Origin: an uncultured virus (IMG/VR IMGVR_UViG_3300025109_000006)
Taxonomy: Duplodnaviria; Heunggongvirae; Uroviricota; Caudoviricetes
Direction: 5' to 3' (one strand)
Virus record (IMG/VR): IMGVR_UViG_3300025109_000006
DNA length: 64,000 nucleotides
The notes beneath the pieces were generated by a model. That model worked only from the letters and a program-made list of their open reading frames with translations, was not told the DNA's origin and did not search any database. Positions 34,746-45,261 of this stretch are shown piece by piece; positions within the stretch are counted from its first letter, which is position 1, and the number at the start of each line of letters is the position of its first letter. The translations under genes were made by a program, and so were the position numbers.

Positions 34746-35755
34746 TAAGCAACCTCAATAATGTCCATACTTGGGTTGAAGAAGACCATGTCTGATGTGA
34801 TCGCCCACCCCAGGACTTGAACTAAGTCACCGGAATCAGATGGTGCCGCATTCTGCGGTGCGCCCTCTGCCTCTGGCCCATAAATAGGCTCACCGATTGT
34901 GAAGGTTGGGAAGTTGCCCTCGAACCTTGCAAATCCCTGCAGCAAGAACTTGCCCACATCTTCTGCGCTGACATCAAAAGTTTCTACTGCCATCGCGACT
35001 ATCAACTTTTTATGCTGACCGGTAGCGTGGTTTGCTTTATACATCTTACCGTCAGTGTCGAAGAAGCACACATCACCAGCGGTCATGTCCTCACCAGCAG
35101 TAAAGACTGCTGTAATACCAGAAACCTTCTCGTCTGCAATATCAGAGTTGATACCGATTCCACCATACACTTCAATGTCTGTGTTGGAGTCAATGGTAAG
35201 TGCAGGTGTAGTATCGTGTGCAGCACCTACACCAATCTCTAGTCCATCTGTTCCATCATTCAGGCCAATGCGGTAATCCTGTGCGTTACCGTCGAAGACA
35301 ATCATTGTGTCTTCTTCGCCAGCATCACCGATGGTTAGTTTCGGAGTCGTGCCTGTAATGGCTACATTACCAGCGACATCGAGCGTAGTTGATGGAGCAT
35401 CGGTTCCGATTCCAACTTTACCATCCCCCTGTATTTCCAAATATGTCGCACTATTCGCCTGGTTTTTGACCGCAAAAGCAAGATCAGACGCATTTGTACC
35501 AGCAACTATCTGTAGTCCGTAACTTTGACCAGATGTTGAATGGGTATTCTTGATCCTAGCTACCCAGTCTTGAACCATTGGCCCTTCAACGTGGAAAAGT
35601 TGTGTCGGATTCGATAGGCCAATACCCACACGGTTGTTGTCAGCATCAATGGTTAGCGTTGTGCCATCGACATCTAAGTCATCAGCAGTGATTGATGTTG
35701 CCGTGACTGAACCTGCGACAACGTTTCGACTCCAAATGCTTCCAGAAGCAGCCAT
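34745..35755 (-). CDS. Tail fibre-like protein
   Basis: RVGIGLSNP and KVGIGTDAPSTTLDVAG fibre repeats. Confidence 0.75.
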   Translation of the reverse strand: MAASGSIWSRNVVAGSVTATSITADDLDVDGTTLTIDADNNRVGIGLSNPTQLFHVEGPMVQDWVARIKNTHSTSGQSYGLQIVAGTNASDLAFAVKNQANSATYLEIQGDGKVGIGTDAPSTTLDVAGNVAITGTTPKLTIGDAGEEDTMIVFDGNAQDYRIGLNDGTDGLEIGVGAAHDTTPALTIDSNTDIEVYGGIGINSDIADEKVSGITAVFTAGEDMTAGDVCFFDTDGKMYKANHATGQHKKLIVAMAVETFDVSAEDVGKFLLQGFARFEGNFPTFTIGEPIYGPEAEGAPQNAAPSDSGDLVQVLGWAITSDMVFFNPSMDIIEVA

Positions 35756-36246
35756 TATGACCTCCAATAAACGCGAATGTTACCTACCGCATTTGTACCA
35801 CCAGCTTGTTTGGCGATAACGTACAGTGTTCCCCTCGAAGTATTCGTGATCGCCGTCTCAACTGCAGGATCAACTGATGTGTCACGAGTTCCTGCGTCAA
35901 AATGGTAGTCAACCGCACTAGTAAAGGCCACACCACCCTTCGTTGCCGTCGTCATTCCATTGGTGATAGTCTCCGATGACGGGTTCGTAATTGGAATATC
36001 ACCAGCCGAATCGCGGGCAAGGTACATCGTTATTGAAGTCGCACTATCTCGAGCGGTAAGCTCAAACTCAATGACTTGAATATTACAGTCATTGGGGAAA
36101 GAGGCAGACGTACACGAATTTGCCTGATCAAGCGTAACAGGGAACGCTTGGTACGCGGTAGTGATTGACGTAGGCGCCCCCGTGGTACCGTCAGAAGCTT
36201 TGACGGAGCAGACAGAATAACCGTACTTAGTGAATGAATTAATCAT
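35755..36246 (-). CDS. Putative virion protein
   Basis: Thr/Ser-rich, beta-type composition; GGAG RBS. Confidence 0.65.
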   Translation of the reverse strand: MINSFTKYGYSVCSVKASDGTTGAPTSITTAYQAFPVTLDQANSCTSASFPNDCNIQVIEFELTARDSATSITMYLARDSAGDIPITNPSSETITNGMTTATKGGVAFTSAVDYHFDAGTRDTSVDPAVETAITNTSRGTLYVIAKQAGGTNAVGNIRVYWRS

Positions 36247-36327
36247 TAAAGGTCTCCAAACATGATGACAAGGCTATTGTAACACTAAATTTTTATTGCG
36301 CGGTAACAGGTGAGAATAGAATCGGGA

Positions 36328-39300
36328 TCATTTCAACTTGGCTTTCTTCATCATCTTTTTCTGAGTAAGCTTGCTCGTCTCTTTCTTTGCCTTCCAAACC
36401 TCACCCGAAGCTACTCGACTTCGAGAGATGTCTCTCATATCCAAGCCAGTCCAGAAGCGGATTTGTCGCTGAAGCTCGCCTCGAATTTTCGCAGATTTTT
36501 CTGCGTCTGTTTTCTCGGCGCGAAGAAGAATGTCGTTCAACTCACCAAGAGGTGAATTAGTGAATGATGCCTGACCAATACCCGGCATCAAGTAATAGAC
36601 TTTATTGCTACGAGTAGTGGTGGGCTCCAAGAGACCTTTATCCCCCGTTCGCTCCAGGAAGGGCAAGTCCTCCGTAGGCTCACCCGCCTCAACCGCTGCT
36701 TTATGGGCCATGACTACTTTAAATGGGTCGTCTCTCTCGTCCAATTCTAAGATATCGATATTCGAAATATCGACCCAACCTGCAACTGTTCTCGACACCC
36801 GTTTTGGATATTGCGCCCCACCTACCCCAAGAGAGGCGGCTACGTCAGAAACAATCGGCGTACGCTCCGCGTGCAATAACGCGTTTATCGGTGCGTATGG
36901 GCTAATGGCGTCACTTCCATCGTCTTCATCCGTGAACCACTTGTCCCCTAAGTTCTCTATCTCACCCAAGGTAAGTATCATGGCGGATGTTATATGCGTA
37001 AAGTGATTCCAGGCAGCTACATAAGTAGGTTCAGGTAAAAACAGAGACATATACGGTGCATCTGGACGACGTGTTCTATACGCATCCATCCAGGTTTTCA
37101 TCGTGTCCTTGAATTCAGCCGGAATATCTGGGTCAGCATACGTGTCAAGCACGTCATCAGGTGTGTATGGGAACCGAAGTGCAATACGGTTGCGGTAGTG
37201 CGTAGGAAGACTCGAGCGATCTGTTCTCGGAATGTAGAACGCCGCCAACGCCCGACGGTCAACTACAAGTCGATTACCGTCTTCATCGGTAAGCCTGTGC
37301 GAGATAGACTCGATTTCTTCTTGCAGCATTGTTCCCTGCAAAACTTGACCGTCTTTGTAGGCGATCGATGAGCCAGAAACAAACAACCGAAGCTCCTCTC
37401 GAACGATGGCGGGGACATGACCATCAACTTCATAGCGGTCATAAACATCTGCTTTGAGGGCAAAATATGTGTCCCGCAACTCGGGAGGTAGTGCGGAAGT
37501 ATCAATGCCATTTTCGTCAACCGAGGCCGCGTAAACTAACTGACTCAAGTAATCAGAGCCTTTGTCGTAGGTTCGGCGCATAACGCCAAGACGGTAGGCT
37601 CCTTGTGGGCTGAAGATAGCGTCGAAATACTGCCGGTTTGCGTTCTTCTGGAAAGCCCAGAACGGGAAGAAAAGGTTGACCAGGAAGTTTCTATCGCCTT
37701 TCGACATGCTGCCTGCATAGTCGTAGAGAACTTCAATCGTAAGCTTCGCCGCTGTGCGGGGGTCAATGCCTCCCTCCATCAACGTAATGGCGAGCCCAAC
37801 ACGCTCACGCTCAGCCCATGCCTCTGCGATATCCTCCGACGCACCCTTTATGTCGCCGAGAATATCTTTCCCCATCTTGGAAAGTCCCTTACTTTTGTTT
37901 GCCTCCTGCAAAAATAAGTTACCGACATTCTGAATCTTGGTACCCAATTGACTTGTATCAAAAGAAGCGAAGATGCCTGCTTCCAGGAACGTCTGACGTA
38001 GTTGGCTATTGGTGTAAGGCTTTCCACCCAACATAATGATCTCGTCGCCGCCCCGAATGACATCGTTGACATTGATGTGCCACTTCGAGCCACGGGTCAG
38101 CTTGCCCGCCCACTCAGCCGTGCGATCACCACCGGCTTGGAGGACCCGACGGAATTCCTCGACAGCCTCACCCTTACCTGCCCGACGTGCGGCAAATACA
38201 GCCGCTTGACCCAGCGGGTTCGAGAGAACATTCTGAGTAAACATTCGAGATGTTGAGATCAGTGCGGTACGGTAGCCCAAGCCCTGAGCGGTTTGGTTGA
38301 AGTGGTCGAATGTGTTCATCCAAAAGTAACGAGACTTAAGAACAAAGTGACCACGGACCATCCGCGTCTTTATGTATCGGTATATCAGGGCCGCAGATAG
38401 GGCCGCGTTAGAGTTGGTTCCAGCCGAAACAATGTCCTCCGCCGCAGTAAAGAAGTCACCATTTATCGCTTTCACAATGGCTGGGTCTTGAGCTTGCGCA
38501 AGTGCCATAGCTAAACGCTCACGTGCCACTTGAGGGAGGTACATTTTAACGCCCGCCAAGTCGAATCCATCAACGATCTGAGGACGATAGCCCAAATTGC
38601 TGACGAAATCCCTTACGGCAACGAGATCGGCAGGATCACTTATACGCTCACCCGTAAGATACAGTTTAACCGCCGAGGCAAGTTTCGCGTCGGCAGCGAT
38701 ACCCATCTTGACCCACTCCATCTTGGCGGCGTTTGCCATCCCATGACCCGCGATCAAAATTGCGATACGGTTCGCAACTCGTTGTTCTTCTGGGAATAGC
38801 TCTGAAATCTCTTGATACATTCGAGTAAACGTAGTCTCAGATACAACTCTGATATCCGACTCAGCCATCATTGTTTTATACAGCTTTGGTTTCCCGTCAG
38901 CCGGATCTACTTTAGCCGTACGATTTGCATAGTACAAAAATGTCTCAAGCAGGCCGCGAATGTTGTCGCCTTCTGCCTGTACAAAGTATTTGGGCTCCAG
39001 ACGAGTACCTTTAAATCCTGCCGCTTGAAAGGCGTCAATAAGGAATCGGCTGGCGGTGTCACCATTTACGACATGGTTAAACGCGTCGACAACCTCTTTC
39101 TGTGTCGCATTGATACTTGATAAGTTGTGCATCGCTCTCGCGGATGTTTTCTCAGCTTGTACCAAGTGAATGAAGTCGATTACTCGGCTGAGTTGAACTT
39201 GGTCAACTGAATTAAAGTAACTTTCGAGACCATTCATCACCGTTGCAACAGAGTCATGCCCAGCACTAATCGCTGACCGACCACCTTTTTGGAACTGGAC

Positions 39301-42300
39301 CGTCTTGTCCCCCGTCAAGTACCGCGTCAGATTTGGTACATCACCTTCAACGACAAGCGTGACGGCGTCACCAACCGATTGCTGAACACGACGAACACCA
39401 GACATGATTGTATCGCGCACTGCTGGGGGCAAGGTGCGCATGTCTGCATAAGCATCGCCACCAAGAAACATGTTGCGGAACACGCGGCCCAATGACCCAC
39501 TGGTCTTCTCATTGTTCACGATGAATTGGTCGACCATTTCTGAGGCAGACCTTTCAACGATCGCACCCTTTGCACCGCCCAAAGGAAGCTTCGTCACGTC
39601 CTCCAGGTCCATAAGACGAGCATTCTCTAGCTTGGACTGAATCGTTATGAGTTCAGCCACTGTGTACTCACCCTTTCCAACGCCATATTGCCCACCAAAA
39701 GTCACAGGACCAGGCAACTGAATTACGGCATCCTCAGGCCTACCCGCGTTGTGCGCTTCAACGGCTCGTCTCCATTGAATGTCAAGATTTTCACGCGATA
39801 TCGGGTACCCAAGTCGGTGAGTCTCATCTACAATTTGATCCATGACAGCGACCTGAGTGCCGCCTACTTTCGGGGCAAACAGAGCCTCTTTAGTCATCTG
39901 AGCAATATTCGGTAGAACCTCACGATCAGATGGCTCACGAAGTAACTTATCAAACATCACTCTCAGGTTGTCGTCCATGTCGAGGCTCGCACCGCCAGCA
40001 GCCTCGGTACCTCGGAATGACGAATAGGTATCTTTGGTCCACTCAAGAACCCGCCTAATGGCGCCTTCAATCTCAGGCTTATCTGCCCGACCAGACTCCA
40101 GATAGGTTTGAAACGCACGAGCAAACTCAGCCTCTGCTTGCTGAACTACCGCAGCATCATCTGCAGTGAATACTGCACCCTCGTGACTAACCCTGATTCC
40201 CTTTGCTCCAAGCCAGGTAACCAGACCCGCCATGTCCTTCGGAGTAAGATCACGACGAGCAACCTTACCTAAGACACGAATGAAATCTTCCGCTGTGGCC
40301 GCGTCACTCATTGCTTTGATAACGGCACGACCGTCTTCTAGAAACTCTACAACAACCGGGTCAGAAGCAAAATCACTTACGTGCCGTGCGTACAAAACAT
40401 CATCAGCAGTATCAGATAGGCCCCGCACAAGAAACTCGTCTACGACATCTACGATTCCAGGATTTACTGACTCACGATTTCCCGCGACATTAAGGGTTTC
40501 GATGCCGTTTGATTCCAGCCAGGAACGAAACTCGCGTATGTCAGGCACAGGTTCGCCTTTTTTCCACGGAACAACAAATACAGGTTTACCCAACCTGTTA
40601 GCCTCATTAATTGTTAGTCGACTACCGGAACTATTTACGTTTCCAAGTACCAAGGTCCCATCGGAATCTTGAATATTCAGCGTTGTTCTTGGTTTATAGC
40701 TCGCAGAAGAATGCTCGATTAATCCAAGTGACCGCGCTACGCTAGGGCTAAATGGGTTTCTTTCTCGTCGAAACCCACGAGGCATAGTCCCGCCCGTTTC
40801 AAGGCCCAACCGAACAGCCGCACTTAACCCACCAGAATCTGCACCTGTTTGACCCCCTGAAATTATTCGAGTCACGCCCGTAGTTAAGGTTTGAGTGTCA
40901 CCTTTCGACAGAAACCGCTCAGTAAGAATTTCAGACAGTGCACGCGCTTGGTTATTTTGTGTCGAAGCAAATTGGTCCGTTAAAACTCGACCGCGACTTT
41001 TCTCCGCTAATTCAGCAAGCAATTCTGGATTCTCATCTGCCCACTGATTCCACAAGCCCTTATACGTCCCCCAATAATCAAAACTAGGGTCTAAAGCAGG
41101 CTTACCTTTCCCTGTACCCTTTGCAGCTTGGTACGCAGATTCAATCGTTCTACCATCTTGTAACTTGGCGTAGAGAGCAGAAAATCTTCGGTCGCCCTTA
41201 GATGAAACTTCATACCCATTTTCGGCGCGTCGTGCCCAGCCTGTCTTGGGGGCTCGAGCAAAGAGGGGTTCCTGTTGTGCAGACCGCTTAGAGTTCTGGC
41301 GAATGACATCATCGAAGTCGATCCTAGCTAAGTCACGAGCATCAATAAAGTACGTGTCGACTAGGTCACCGCCGACATCCTTCATTGGCTTCCGTGTGAA
41401 CTTTACGCCCAGGTCCTCCAAAGACTTATACACACGCAAAGCATCTGGACTGGGGTTCAAATCACTAAGAAATCCACGCTTAAGTTTCTGCGCATGGACC
41501 AAAGTTTGAATGTACAAATCAACGCCATGACCTTGCCCGCGCAAAGACTCAGGTACTTCAACCGAGCTAACCCGCAAAACCTCCGAATCAAATGCCGAGG
41601 TTTTCCGTACGACCATCCCACCACCACGACCCGCCCGATCCAAAAAGGTCGTCGTGATTTCAATCCCATCATCAGCGAAAGGGAAGCCCGCAGGCTTTAT
41701 CACCGGAGCTAAATCTGCCGCAGTCTTAACCGGAACAACGTCTTTCGCTGCAGCCCCAATAACCGCCTCACTCGCACGCAGCGCTTGGGATAGAGCGTTG
41801 GTTTCATCCGCGCTCTTAATGCCAAACATACCAGCGATGAGGCGCGTAAATTTATTCCACGCAGTTTGTTTCGGTGCAAGCTCAATCGTGCTTAGAAGCC
41901 GCTGAAACTCGGGGCTGGTCAAACTATAAGTGAGTAGTTCTCTTGGGTCAGAAAACCGCTCATCAATGAAGTCGTGCTGCTTACGGATAGCTTCTTCTGA
42001 GAGATTGTCACTATTAGCCAGCACCCGCCGACGAAGTGCCTCAGCAATTTCCGTGTTCAACGACAGATAAGATTTAACTGCTTTATGGTTCGGGTTGGCA
42101 GAGATAAACTTCGTAGTCGCCGCATGAAGCAACTCGTGGGTAAGAATTTCCTCCGTCAAACCGTGGCGGGCAAATTCAGGCCCCGCGATTGTAATTATGT
42201 TCGTGCTGGGGTGATATAGACCGGTAACACCGGGCTGAAACCCGCCAGAGAACTCACCGCTTTCAGACAAGATATGAAACTTCGGCGGGTCTTTCTTTAG

Positions 42301-45249
42301 TGTGGGCAGAATGCGGCGGATCAGCGCACGGGTTGAGTCCAATTCAGCGTGACGGAGCAAAAACTCAGCCACCTCAACACCATCTTCCACTGCATGAAGG
42401 TGATCAAAGATAACCTGACCGGATAACCCGACAGCTTCATCACCTGCTGTGGCTGGCTTGCCCCAAGAAACCGCATCGGACGGTGTTGACTTCAATTTCG
42501 GTAGAGGCTTTCTTTTCGGTGCATTCGCAACTGGACCCTCAAAAGCCCCTCTTACCCTGGGCGCTGCTGATGGCGGTGGCGTCGGAGATGGGGGCGCTGC
42601 CGACGGAGGTGGCGCTTGGGTTTGCCTGTCTTTTATTACTTTCGCAAACCTGGTCTCGTAATATTCGCGTACCGCACGATCATTCTTATTCGCCCACTTA
42701 CGGGCACGTTGGTCAAGCCACCTCACAATCTTCAGTGCTGGGTCACCCCTCAACAACGGAGCAGCTTCTTCGATCTGCTCCATAAAGTCGAGTGCTTGGG
42801 GTGACAGACGCTCACGTCCAATCGCCTTGTACTTCTCGGTCACAGGCACCAGGAGGGGCTCAACCTTACGTCCAGCTTGAGCAGCAACCTTCTCCCTGGT
42901 AAATGCCATCGATGCTGCCCGCGCCTCAAAATTAGCTTGGACTGCCTTCGCTGCCTTTGCCGTAGCTTCCGACGCCTGAGCTACAGTAATCTCTAATTTC
43001 AACGTCTTCTCAGCCGCCTTGACTGCCGCAACCGATGTCTTCATTTGCTTTGACAAAGCACGCAAAAACTTACTTCCTGCATCGATGTCTTCAGGGTCGA
43101 ATGGAAGTCTATTTGCGAGGGCTGTGACCCTCCGAACCCACTCTTGCGGGTCGTCGCGTAGCAATCGAGTAGAGCTTACTTTGATTAGAAACTGGTCAAA
43201 ATCAACAACTAGCTGACGCTCCTCACGCGTAAGTCGAGAACTAGTCATACTCACATCGGCGTCCGCCATAAGCAACCGTATTTGACCCGTAGCCTCGTTC
43301 GCTTCCTTGCGTGAATGAAGGAAAAACTGCGTACTAATGTCACCAGTTCTCAGCAGACGAATGCTATCTTGAAGACTTTCAAGTGTTTGACGCGCACCCA
43401 ACAGTTCATAAAACGGAACCAATTGATCTGGTGAGTCGCCGCGCAAAAATACACGCCGAACGGATGGGTGCAGGTTCTGCATTGTGGCGCCAAAGCCACC
43501 GGGAATAAACGCAGAAAGCCTACGCCCCTCTACACCAGTTGTTTCTGGTACCCGCTTACGGATAAAAAATTCGCCGATCTCTGAATCAGTCTCATCCACA
43601 ACAGAAGCAATGTTCCTGTCCAGGTTTCGTGTCGCTTTCATCGCGTCGTCAGACTTACCTGCTAAGGCTTTCGCTTCATCAATAAGGCTAATGGCCTCAT
43701 CATAATCGCCAGAACGAATCGCATTCGCGAGACCCTCACCTAAAACTTCTTCTGCCTTAGCGAGAGCTTCAGCGCCCTTACCAAGTTCTTCCTCCAACAA
43801 AGGCGCCAAGCGCCTAAACTTTGCGGCATCTGCAGCCGAATCAGCCACTTTCTTCGTTGCCCTCGCAACCCCAGCAGCACCCATAAGGAGATCGGGAAAC
43901 AACACTGCCGCACCAAGACCAATGAATCCCATAGACACTGAAGCCAAAGTACCAGAGTCCGATGTCTCAGTAGATAGCGCGGCTTTTAGGAAGTCCCTAC
44001 GATTCTCAATGCCTTCGAGGGAGCCCTCGCGAACAGCAGTCAAAAGACTCTCACTGTCAGGCCCGTAAGAAATGCGCTCAAGGGCACCAACGGTAGCAGC
44101 CTGCACGGTGTCCATCATCTCGAAAAGGTGCCATGTTGGGTGCGTTATGCGATAAACAGGTACGCCCTTAGGGTCGAGGCCGATAACCTCGATCCGTGCA
44201 TTCTTAGCTTTGTCCCATGCTTCTGTGATCCACAACGCATCTTTCGTGTCGTCAGGGTCACCCATAAGGTTTGCCGGATCAATCATGTCATACGAGATGA
44301 AGCCAGGATGATGAAACTTACCCACCGCCCGAAACAAGGTGGCTTCGTATAGAGCGTTCTTCCACGCCTTGGCCATCTGTTGTTGGTACGCCTTTGTACC
44401 TCTCTGAATACCTAAATCTGACGCGGCTTTATTCACATCGTACGTCGCTATGTTGGCGACCGCCTTTCGGAAACCAAACTCACCAATAGTACTACGCAAC
44501 ATTGCGCTCGTGCCGCGAGGCCCCATCTCGCGGAGCAAGTCAGAGATCATCTTTGCGCGTTCAGGATCTTTCGCTATCTTTGGATCGACCAGTGATTGTG
44601 CCCGCGCCTCCAGCGCATCAAACCCTGGTTGGCCACGACGAACAACGGCATTCTCAGCTTCGTCTCCGTCATCAAAAACTAGCGGGGGACGGTCCTTTGG
44701 GTCCAATGAGCCAATCAGTCGCTTCAATATTCTCGTGCGATTTTTTGGGTCAACCTTCTTGTCGCCCAGCGCCGTGCGATGAATGCCCTCCATCAAGATT
44801 TCTTCGCCCATCACTTTCACATCACGCTGCTTCTTCGACTTACTCCACAGAGCCTGTTGGGTCTTAAATTCGTCTAAGACCTCAGTTACCGGTCGATCTT
44901 TTTCCCCAATCTCACGAAACATATCGTCGAGCGGGACCCCCTGAAACTCTGCGGCCTTTCGATATTCGTCGGGCTCTAACCCCGTAAAATCTGAGGCCTG
45001 TTGAAGAACTTCGTTGTAATCAAAGGAAGGTTGATCCTCAGACCTCTTTTGCTTTACTGCCTCAGGGTCAAATCGAATCTCTGCGTCACGTCGGATCGCG
45101 ATCAAAAGACCGACCCGATCAACACTAAGCTCTTGGCTATATTTCGCCCGTTCAGCTTTTTCCTCCTCGGTAAACTCGTACGTCGGCGGAGCTTCTTCCT
45201 TTGGCGGGGCCTCAGTTTGAGGTTGATCTTCTGTCTCTTTTTCTGGCAC
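36328..45249 (-). CDS. Giant polyvalent internal virion protein (zincin HExxH, GNAT-like, unknown enzymatic and SLOG/MoCo-carrier-like domains)
   Basis: 2973-aa ORF; THELLHA, VPESLRGQGHG, YEVSSKGDRRFSA, IISGGQTGAD...LNVAGNRES; C-terminal YDY...FFPFWAF motif. Confidence 0.85.
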   Translation of the reverse strand: MPEKETEDQPQTEAPPKEEAPPTYEFTEEEKAERAKYSQELSVDRVGLLIAIRRDAEIRFDPEAVKQKRSEDQPSFDYNEVLQQASDFTGLEPDEYRKAAEFQGVPLDDMFREIGEKDRPVTEVLDEFKTQQALWSKSKKQRDVKVMGEEILMEGIHRTALGDKKVDPKNRTRILKRLIGSLDPKDRPPLVFDDGDEAENAVVRRGQPGFDALEARAQSLVDPKIAKDPERAKMISDLLREMGPRGTSAMLRSTIGEFGFRKAVANIATYDVNKAASDLGIQRGTKAYQQQMAKAWKNALYEATLFRAVGKFHHPGFISYDMIDPANLMGDPDDTKDALWITEAWDKAKNARIEVIGLDPKGVPVYRITHPTWHLFEMMDTVQAATVGALERISYGPDSESLLTAVREGSLEGIENRRDFLKAALSTETSDSGTLASVSMGFIGLGAAVLFPDLLMGAAGVARATKKVADSAADAAKFRRLAPLLEEELGKGAEALAKAEEVLGEGLANAIRSGDYDEAISLIDEAKALAGKSDDAMKATRNLDRNIASVVDETDSEIGEFFIRKRVPETTGVEGRRLSAFIPGGFGATMQNLHPSVRRVFLRGDSPDQLVPFYELLGARQTLESLQDSIRLLRTGDISTQFFLHSRKEANEATGQIRLLMADADVSMTSSRLTREERQLVVDFDQFLIKVSSTRLLRDDPQEWVRRVTALANRLPFDPEDIDAGSKFLRALSKQMKTSVAAVKAAEKTLKLEITVAQASEATAKAAKAVQANFEARAASMAFTREKVAAQAGRKVEPLLVPVTEKYKAIGRERLSPQALDFMEQIEEAAPLLRGDPALKIVRWLDQRARKWANKNDRAVREYYETRFAKVIKDRQTQAPPPSAAPPSPTPPPSAAPRVRGAFEGPVANAPKRKPLPKLKSTPSDAVSWGKPATAGDEAVGLSGQVIFDHLHAVEDGVEVAEFLLRHAELDSTRALIRRILPTLKKDPPKFHILSESGEFSGGFQPGVTGLYHPSTNIITIAGPEFARHGLTEEILTHELLHAATTKFISANPNHKAVKSYLSLNTEIAEALRRRVLANSDNLSEEAIRKQHDFIDERFSDPRELLTYSLTSPEFQRLLSTIELAPKQTAWNKFTRLIAGMFGIKSADETNALSQALRASEAVIGAAAKDVVPVKTAADLAPVIKPAGFPFADDGIEITTTFLDRAGRGGGMVVRKTSAFDSEVLRVSSVEVPESLRGQGHGVDLYIQTLVHAQKLKRGFLSDLNPSPDALRVYKSLEDLGVKFTRKPMKDVGGDLVDTYFIDARDLARIDFDDVIRQNSKRSAQQEPLFARAPKTGWARRAENGYEVSSKGDRRFSALYAKLQDGRTIESAYQAAKGTGKGKPALDPSFDYWGTYKGLWNQWADENPELLAELAEKSRGRVLTDQFASTQNNQARALSEILTERFLSKGDTQTLTTGVTRIISGGQTGADSGGLSAAVRLGLETGGTMPRGFRRERNPFSPSVARSLGLIEHSSASYKPRTTLNIQDSDGTLVLGNVNSSGSRLTINEANRLGKPVFVVPWKKGEPVPDIREFRSWLESNGIETLNVAGNRESVNPGIVDVVDEFLVRGLSDTADDVLYARHVSDFASDPVVVEFLEDGRAVIKAMSDAATAEDFIRVLGKVARRDLTPKDMAGLVTWLGAKGIRVSHEGAVFTADDAAVVQQAEAEFARAFQTYLESGRADKPEIEGAIRRVLEWTKDTYSSFRGTEAAGGASLDMDDNLRVMFDKLLREPSDREVLPNIAQMTKEALFAPKVGGTQVAVMDQIVDETHRLGYPISRENLDIQWRRAVEAHNAGRPEDAVIQLPGPVTFGGQYGVGKGEYTVAELITIQSKLENARLMDLEDVTKLPLGGAKGAIVERSASEMVDQFIVNNEKTSGSLGRVFRNMFLGGDAYADMRTLPPAVRDTIMSGVRRVQQSVGDAVTLVVEGDVPNLTRYLTGDKTVQFQKGGRSAISAGHDSVATVMNGLESYFNSVDQVQLSRVIDFIHLVQAEKTSARAMHNLSSINATQKEVVDAFNHVVNGDTASRFLIDAFQAAGFKGTRLEPKYFVQAEGDNIRGLLETFLYYANRTAKVDPADGKPKLYKTMMAESDIRVVSETTFTRMYQEISELFPEEQRVANRIAILIAGHGMANAAKMEWVKMGIAADAKLASAVKLYLTGERISDPADLVAVRDFVSNLGYRPQIVDGFDLAGVKMYLPQVARERLAMALAQAQDPAIVKAINGDFFTAAEDIVSAGTNSNAALSAALIYRYIKTRMVRGHFVLKSRYFWMNTFDHFNQTAQGLGYRTALISTSRMFTQNVLSNPLGQAAVFAARRAGKGEAVEEFRRVLQAGGDRTAEWAGKLTRGSKWHINVNDVIRGGDEIIMLGGKPYTNSQLRQTFLEAGIFASFDTSQLGTKIQNVGNLFLQEANKSKGLSKMGKDILGDIKGASEDIAEAWAERERVGLAITLMEGGIDPRTAAKLTIEVLYDYAGSMSKGDRNFLVNLFFPFWAFQKNANRQYFDAIFSPQGAYRLGVMRRTYDKGSDYLSQLVYAASVDENGIDTSALPPELRDTYFALKADVYDRYEVDGHVPAIVREELRLFVSGSSIAYKDGQVLQGTMLQEEIESISHRLTDEDGNRLVVDRRALAAFYIPRTDRSSLPTHYRNRIALRFPYTPDDVLDTYADPDIPAEFKDTMKTWMDAYRTRRPDAPYMSLFLPEPTYVAAWNHFTHITSAMILTLGEIENLGDKWFTDEDDGSDAISPYAPINALLHAERTPIVSDVAASLGVGGAQYPKRVSRTVAGWVDISNIDILELDERDDPFKVVMAHKAAVEAGEPTEDLPFLERTGDKGLLEPTTTRSNKVYYLMPGIGQASFTNSPLGELNDILLRAEKTDAEKSAKIRGELQRQIRFWTGLDMRDISRSRVASGEVWKAKKETSKLTQKKMMKKAKLK

Positions 45250-45261
45250 GAAACTCTCCGA

